NCBI GenBank assembly: GCA_050633305.1
Contig: JBOEGF010000008.1
Span: forward strand, 288,001 to 352,000
Origin: Nannocystales bacterium
Lineage (GTDB): Bacteria > Myxococcota_A > Polyangia > Nannocystales > Nannocystaceae
Direction: 5' to 3'
DNA: 64,000 nt
Shown here: in pieces, positions 59,329 through 64,000 of the stretch
Layout: each line of letters opens with the position of its first letter
How positions within the stretch are numbered: the stretch's first letter is position 1
The notes under the pieces: generated by a model
What the model saw: only the letters and a program-made list of their open reading frames with translations
What the model was told of the DNA's origin: nothing
Database searches by the model: none
Position numbers and translations under genes: made by a program

Positions 59329-59905
59329 GACGGCTGCGCCCCACCTGCCCCCGTCCGGGGGTCGCCGAGAGCTCGATGAGCTCAGCCTGGCGCGAGCGCG
59401 GCGCGGTGATCGCGACGGATGTGCGCGCTTCGTGACCTTCCACCAACGCCTCGTCTTCGCCGCGATCGGCCGCATCGTGGGCCCAGGACAGGCGCAGACG
59501 AACGTCGAGGACCTCGCTCAGGAGACGTTCCTCAAGGCCCTGCGCGCCCTGCCCCGCTTCGACCCTGCCGGGCCAGCCAAGGTCTCGACCTGGCTACTCA
59601 CGATCGCGACCCGGGTCGCCTTGAGTCATCTGCGACGTCGCCGAATCGAGACCGAACCCCTGCACGACCTGGACGCGCGCGCGGTTCATCCGCACGACGC
59701 GCTCGATGCCCGCCAACGCATCCTCCAGGCGGCGGCGACGCTCACCCCCGAGCAACGCGCCGTGTTCGTCCTCAAAGACGTGCACGGGCTCACCGAGACA
59801 GAAGTTGCCGAAGTCCTCGAGCTGGACCTCTCGGCCGCGAAATCGAGACTGTACCGCGCCCGCGCCCGGATGCGACGCGCCCTGACGGAGGCCGATCATG
59901 ACTGA
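59327..59905 (+). CDS. ECF sigma-70 factor
   Basis: EDLAQETFLKA, STWLLTIA, region 4 (EVAEVLEL...KSRLYRAR). Confidence 0.92.
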   Translation: MTAAPHLPPSGGRRELDELSLARARRGDRDGCARFVTFHQRLVFAAIGRIVGPGQAQTNVEDLAQETFLKALRALPRFDPAGPAKVSTWLLTIATRVALSHLRRRRIETEPLHDLDARAVHPHDALDARQRILQAAATLTPEQRAVFVLKDVHGLTETEVAEVLELDLSAAKSRLYRARARMRRALTEADHD

Positions 59906-61379
59906 CGAGAAACGCCCCCGCGCCGAGACCTCCATGGAGGGCATCGAAGCGGCTTGGCCGGTCCCTGAGCCAGATGTGGAGTTTGCAGCCGGCGTGCTCG
60001 CGGCCCACTTCTCGGACGCAGAGGCCGGCACGCGCACGGATACGAGAACACCTCGGCGACAATGGGCTTGGGGCGGGGCGGTCGCCGCTGTCTTGCTGGT
60101 CCTCGGGCTCGTTTGGGCGCTTCACGGCGGCGGAACCATCGAAGACCAGCTCGATGCGCATGAACTGGAGACGGTCGCTCTTGGAGACCGCGCAACCGCG
60201 GTGGCTCAGCCGGGCACGAAAATGAAGTGGTCGGTCGATTCCGACGGCACCACCCGAATCGATCAGAGGTCTGGCCGCGTGTTCTATCGGGTCGACCATG
60301 GTGAACGTTTCGACGTCGTGACCCCACGGGGCACGGTGACCGTGACCGGAACCTGCTTCGAGGTCGACCTGGAGCCCCCGACCATGAAAACCACCAACGT
60401 CCGCGCCGGCGCCCTCGGTGCCGCGCTCGCCTCCGCTCTTGTCGTCACCGTCTACGAAGGGGGTGTCGTTCTTGCCAATGACCACGGCAGCGTCGACCTC
60501 GCGGCTGGAGACTCTGGGCGGGTCTCCGATGCCCGAGCACCGGTTCGCTTTGACCCCGACGGCGACGACCACCGCGACTCGCAAGTCGCGGATACGCAGC
60601 TGGTCGGGAAGAAAGCTGGGGACATCGCCGGGGACCCGATGGCCCATATCGCCCGCCAGGCCAGGGACATCGACCGCATCCGAGAGGAGAAAAATGCCCA
60701 GGCCGCTCGCATTCAAGAGCTCGAAGGACAGGTCATCGAGCTCGGCGGTGCGATCGACCCCAAGAGCCCCCAGGCGGCCAAGGCTCGCGCCAAAATGTGT
60801 GCGAGCCAGAGCCGCGGCGGAACCTGTCCGTTCCTTGAGCCAGACCAGGACACGCTGATGGAGATGGCGCGGTGCGCCACGGTCAAGATCGACTCGCTCG
60901 GTTTCGTCGACAACCCCGAGCCGCCTTCGTCACGCATGGTCGCGGATCGACTCGGGGTCACCGATCCCGCGGAGGCCAAGAAGCTCCACGCGGCTGCCAC
61001 CGCGCAGTACGACAGATACAACGATGCACTGCGGGAGATGTACCTCGAACTGGGCGGTGACGAGACAACCGCCGAGGACGCGTCGGGGAAAACGCTCGAA
61101 TCGTTCATCTTCGATCAGCTGGACCAAGAGCTGGTCGGTGATATCCAACGCCGTATCGCCCAGGAGCGCGCCGGCGTTCTGCAGCCTCCAACCGACCGAT
61201 CGACGATGTCGATCGAAGAACGGGTGTCGAGGATGAGAGCCGAAACTGGGAACGATTTCGAGCGACTCGTCGGCGACAGCCTCGGAGAGGAGCGTGCTCG
61301 GGAGCTGCGTCGGAAGCACGACGGATGGCCAGGCAGTACAAGCGTCCACAGTGGGGACTGCGTGGACCCGGCGCCGTAG
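59898..61379 (+). CDS. FecR-domain anti-sigma/transducer
   Basis: TM helix; VVTPRGTVTVTGTCFEV...VTVYEGGV; overlaps the ECF stop. Confidence 0.82.
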   Translation: MTDEKRPRAETSMEGIEAAWPVPEPDVEFAAGVLAAHFSDAEAGTRTDTRTPRRQWAWGGAVAAVLLVLGLVWALHGGGTIEDQLDAHELETVALGDRATAVAQPGTKMKWSVDSDGTTRIDQRSGRVFYRVDHGERFDVVTPRGTVTVTGTCFEVDLEPPTMKTTNVRAGALGAALASALVVTVYEGGVVLANDHGSVDLAAGDSGRVSDARAPVRFDPDGDDHRDSQVADTQLVGKKAGDIAGDPMAHIARQARDIDRIREEKNAQAARIQELEGQVIELGGAIDPKSPQAAKARAKMCASQSRGGTCPFLEPDQDTLMEMARCATVKIDSLGFVDNPEPPSSRMVADRLGVTDPAEAKKLHAAATAQYDRYNDALREMYLELGGDETTAEDASGKTLESFIFDQLDQELVGDIQRRIAQERAGVLQPPTDRSTMSIEERVSRMRAETGNDFERLVGDSLGEERARELRRKHDGWPGSTSVHSGDCVDPAP

Positions 61380-61390
61380 GCTCCACGACA

Positions 61391-62413
61391 CTAGGCGGGG
61401 TCTTGGGCGTGCGGGGAGAGCAAGCCCTGGGCCCGCGCGCGGGACCGAAGCAGCTCCAGGAGTTCCGCCCGATCGGTGTTGTCGGCGGGGTGCTTCTTCC
61501 CCAACCGCGCCCGCTGATTCGCATCGAGGCCCAAGCGGCCCAACCGGGCAATGAACCCAGTCTGAGGATCGGGCTGCGCGCAGTGTCCCCGGCCCAATCT
61601 GCGATTGAGCACGTTGTAGGACCCGCCGATGCCCGCCGCTTCGCACTCACGCTGGTGCGCGCGGGCAGACCAGATCGCCGTCACGATCGCGGGAATCCCA
61701 TCGTCGTGGCAGAAGATCCACGGCGGCGCCTTCGAATCCCAGACTTGAACGAAGTACGCCGGGTTGAACCCGAACGGGCCGTACCCGAATGCCCACGCGG
61801 AGCCACGAGCCTCGGTGACTGTGCCGTCTGGCGTGATGCGATCGTATTGGACTTCGGCGTACAGGTGCTGGTTGCCCTTGAAGCGTCGCAGTCGCGCGAG
61901 CTTCCCCTTGAGCTTCCAATACCGAGGGTCCGTCGCGTCGGTCTGTGCGAGCGCGGTCTCGAGCTCCACTTCTTCGTCCGCATCGTAGGCGTACTTCCGC
62001 CACGCTTGGGTCGCCCCATTCACGTCGGGGTTGAGCACGTGCAACGCACTGGGTTGGTAGGTCGACTCGCGCATCGACCATGCGTGCAGCAACCGAGGCT
62101 CGGCGCCCATCTCCCGGGCGACCATCGTCACCAGGAGACGGAATCGGTCCCGGTCGGCCTTCGTCCACGGCTTGCGGATCCGGCGATGGCGAGGACGCCC
62201 GCTCTTGTCGACCACCACCCGGAACCCTTCACAAGAGTTGCGCTGAGCACCGTACGTGGACGTGAAGACCTGCTGCGGGAGATCGGCGTGCAAAGACACG
62301 ACGTGGGTGGCGGGCGACACGTCCGCGTTCGGTTTGGGCCACGCCTCGAACTGCGGAGGAGATCCGCACGCTCCGAGCAGCGCGAGCCCAAGGAGGAGCC
62401 CTCTGCGTTGCAT
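61391..62413 (-). CDS. Lipoprotein with divergent lytic-transglycosylase (SLT)-like motif
   Basis: Lipobox LGA-C; VAREMGAEPRLLHAWSMRESTYQPSA resembles SLT motif I. Confidence 0.55.
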   Translation of the reverse strand: MQRRGLLLGLALLGACGSPPQFEAWPKPNADVSPATHVVSLHADLPQQVFTSTYGAQRNSCEGFRVVVDKSGRPRHRRIRKPWTKADRDRFRLLVTMVAREMGAEPRLLHAWSMRESTYQPSALHVLNPDVNGATQAWRKYAYDADEEVELETALAQTDATDPRYWKLKGKLARLRRFKGNQHLYAEVQYDRITPDGTVTEARGSAWAFGYGPFGFNPAYFVQVWDSKAPPWIFCHDDGIPAIVTAIWSARAHQRECEAAGIGGSYNVLNRRLGRGHCAQPDPQTGFIARLGRLGLDANQRARLGKKHPADNTDRAELLELLRSRARAQGLLSPHAQDPA

Positions 62414-62460
62414 GGCCGGCGTGTTCTAGCCCGTCGTCTCCGGCCGTCAAGCCGGATTGT

Positions 62461-63714
62461 TCATGGACAATAGTCGAGACGGTCGGACAGTCCCTGACCT
62501 TGGGGTCCGGAGAAACCTGGGGGCGGCGTTTCGACGAAACAGGTCTGAAGGTCAGGACCCCCCACTGTGACCCTCAAATAGCCAAAGCGCGGTTCGCCCA
62601 GTCCCTGGTACGCACCACCGGTACCGGCAATGACTTGGCGCAATGTTGTGTCCCCAACACTAATGCCAGGAAAGTCACGCAACGCATGTGCGTGACCCGC
62701 GACGATCAAATCGACGTTCGCAATCGCAGCTTCGGCAAGAAGGCGCTGCGCCCGATCTTCGCGGGACCAACCTGCGCCGGTGAGTCCGGCGTACGGCGGA
62801 TGATGCATCACGACGATCACGTCGCGCGCATCCCCACGCTCGAACAGCTCGGGAAGGCGAGCTTCGACCGAACGCGCAATCGCACCGCTGCCCGTGTCCA
62901 GCATCACGAGCCTGAGACCGCAGACCTCCACGACGTGGTTACCCGGACCGAAGCGCCGGTTGAAGTGGGGCTGGCGTGGTCGGTAGATGTCGTGGTTGCC
63001 AGGCGTCACGACGACCGGCACCGGTGCATTCCTCAAGAGGCCCTCGACGAGGTCGAACTCGTCGTCACGCGATGACTCGGTGAGGTCGCCTGCGATCACC
63101 AACGCGACAAGGGGCTCGCCGACGATGTCCCCGTCGTCCCGCTCCCGTTCGAGTTGCTCGACGATGCGTTCGAACTGCGCAGGGTTGGTCTGAATGTCGC
63201 TCACGAACGCGACCCGGTAGCGCTCCGGACACCCACGTCGACCTCGAACGAAGACAGGCTCACCCGGGGTGATCGCGAGCTCGACGCTCCGGCGCAGAGA
63301 CTGGTCGGATGGTGCGAGCACCGGCGTCTCGGTCCCTGCTTGGTCGACCCAAACGTCTGCCGAGGGGTCAACGTTGTCGAGTTCCACGGTGACCATGTCC
63401 GGAGCTCCCTCTTCCGACTCGAGGCTGATCGCAAACCGGCCCGGCCCGGCCACACGAGCGCGTACGACCCCGTCTTCCAACTCGAGGCGACCTCGCGCAT
63501 CCCAGGTCGCGGTCGAGCGAGCAGCGGGGTCCTGAAACCGCACCTCGATCGAGGATGGCGTCCTGAGTCGAGCGAGTTCATTCTCGGCGATGACCCTGCA
63601 CTCAGGCTCCGAGTAGTCGGGGTTCGTGCACTCCGGGACGGCACACGACCCGATCGCGACGATGGACGCGAGCGCGCCAAGTCCCGCCACAGTGAAAAGA
63701 ATCTTGCGCATCAT
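62461..63714 (-). CDS. Calcineurin-like metallophosphoesterase lipoprotein
   Basis: SDIQ, GDLT, GNHD, HHP, GHAH; lipobox IGS-C. Confidence 0.88.
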   Translation of the reverse strand: MMRKILFTVAGLGALASIVAIGSCAVPECTNPDYSEPECRVIAENELARLRTPSSIEVRFQDPAARSTATWDARGRLELEDGVVRARVAGPGRFAISLESEEGAPDMVTVELDNVDPSADVWVDQAGTETPVLAPSDQSLRRSVELAITPGEPVFVRGRRGCPERYRVAFVSDIQTNPAQFERIVEQLERERDDGDIVGEPLVALVIAGDLTESSRDDEFDLVEGLLRNAPVPVVVTPGNHDIYRPRQPHFNRRFGPGNHVVEVCGLRLVMLDTGSGAIARSVEARLPELFERGDARDVIVVMHHPPYAGLTGAGWSREDRAQRLLAEAAIANVDLIVAGHAHALRDFPGISVGDTTLRQVIAGTGGAYQGLGEPRFGYLRVTVGGPDLQTCFVETPPPGFSGPQGQGLSDRLDYCP

Positions 63715-64000
63715 CGTTGGTCTCCCGCCTCCCGTTGCCGGGCCCCGACGTCCGGCAGCACCACACCGACATTGGCCGCCGCGGACAACCCATTTCCGAC
63801 GGTGGCCCCTGCGCCGACCTGAATCGCGACCGGCCAGTCTCTCGGGCGGATCCGCGTGGCCCACCGAACATGAACCGGACCCAAGAACCCGATGACCGGG
63901 CCGAGGTTGAGACCACGCCCATCGAACCGGCTATGCACATAGCCCATGCTGAGTTGGCTGTTGACCTTGGCTCGGCGCACGGCTCCGTCCCTCCGCACCC
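63711..64000 (-). CDS. 3' end of a gene truncated by the window edge, beta-strand-rich (possible outer-membrane protein)
   Basis: Open frame to the edge; ATGA overlap with the phosphoesterase start; alternating hydrophobic strands. Confidence 0.55.
   Translation of the reverse strand, partial: VRRDGAVRRAKVNSQLSMGYVHSRFDGRGLNLGPVIGFLGPVHVRWATRIRPRDWPVAIQVGAGATVGNGLSAAANVGVVLPDVGARQREAGDQR

Noticed and set aside
20..63940. Many long antisense or alternate-frame ORFs (e.g. 4437-6689 -, 38116-39918 +, 49152-50504 -, 54236-55765 -, 57925-59475 -)
   Set aside because: Shadow ORFs typical of high-GC DNA; they overlap motif-bearing genes and have no recognisable motifs of their own.

Overview
A GC-rich, gene-dense 64-kb bacterial window with about 48 CDS. 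I found no rRNA, tRNA, CRISPR array or mobile element. Multiple Ser/Thr kinases (including kinase-TM-TPR types), Cys-rich lipoproteins with Ser/Thr/Gly linkers and an ECF/FecR pair suggest a myxobacterium, probably Nannocystaceae-like (inference). The standout is a translationally coupled operon of three atypical ClpA/B-type double-AAA+ ATPases (37753-47082, minus strand). All three have degenerate NBD1 Walker B motifs, no GYVG pore loop, an xGF ClpP-docking-like loop and HicB-like N-termini. Two end in a domain resembling the decoding domains of class-I release factors without the GGQ domain, and one carries a ribosomal L7/L12-CTD-like insert. This is a candidate ribosome-directed remodelling or quality-control machine. 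The second highlight is a NorR-like sigma-54 activator encoded directly downstream of a hybrid peroxiredoxin-glutaredoxin, with a visible -24/-12 promoter and three palindromic enhancer-like sites. Also notable: a CheX-Hpt-HATPase fusion lacking CheW beside a stand-alone MshEN protein, a pseudokinase, three tandem kinase-TPR paralogs, and many apparently leaderless promoters. All domain calls come from motif recognition by eye; no searches were run.
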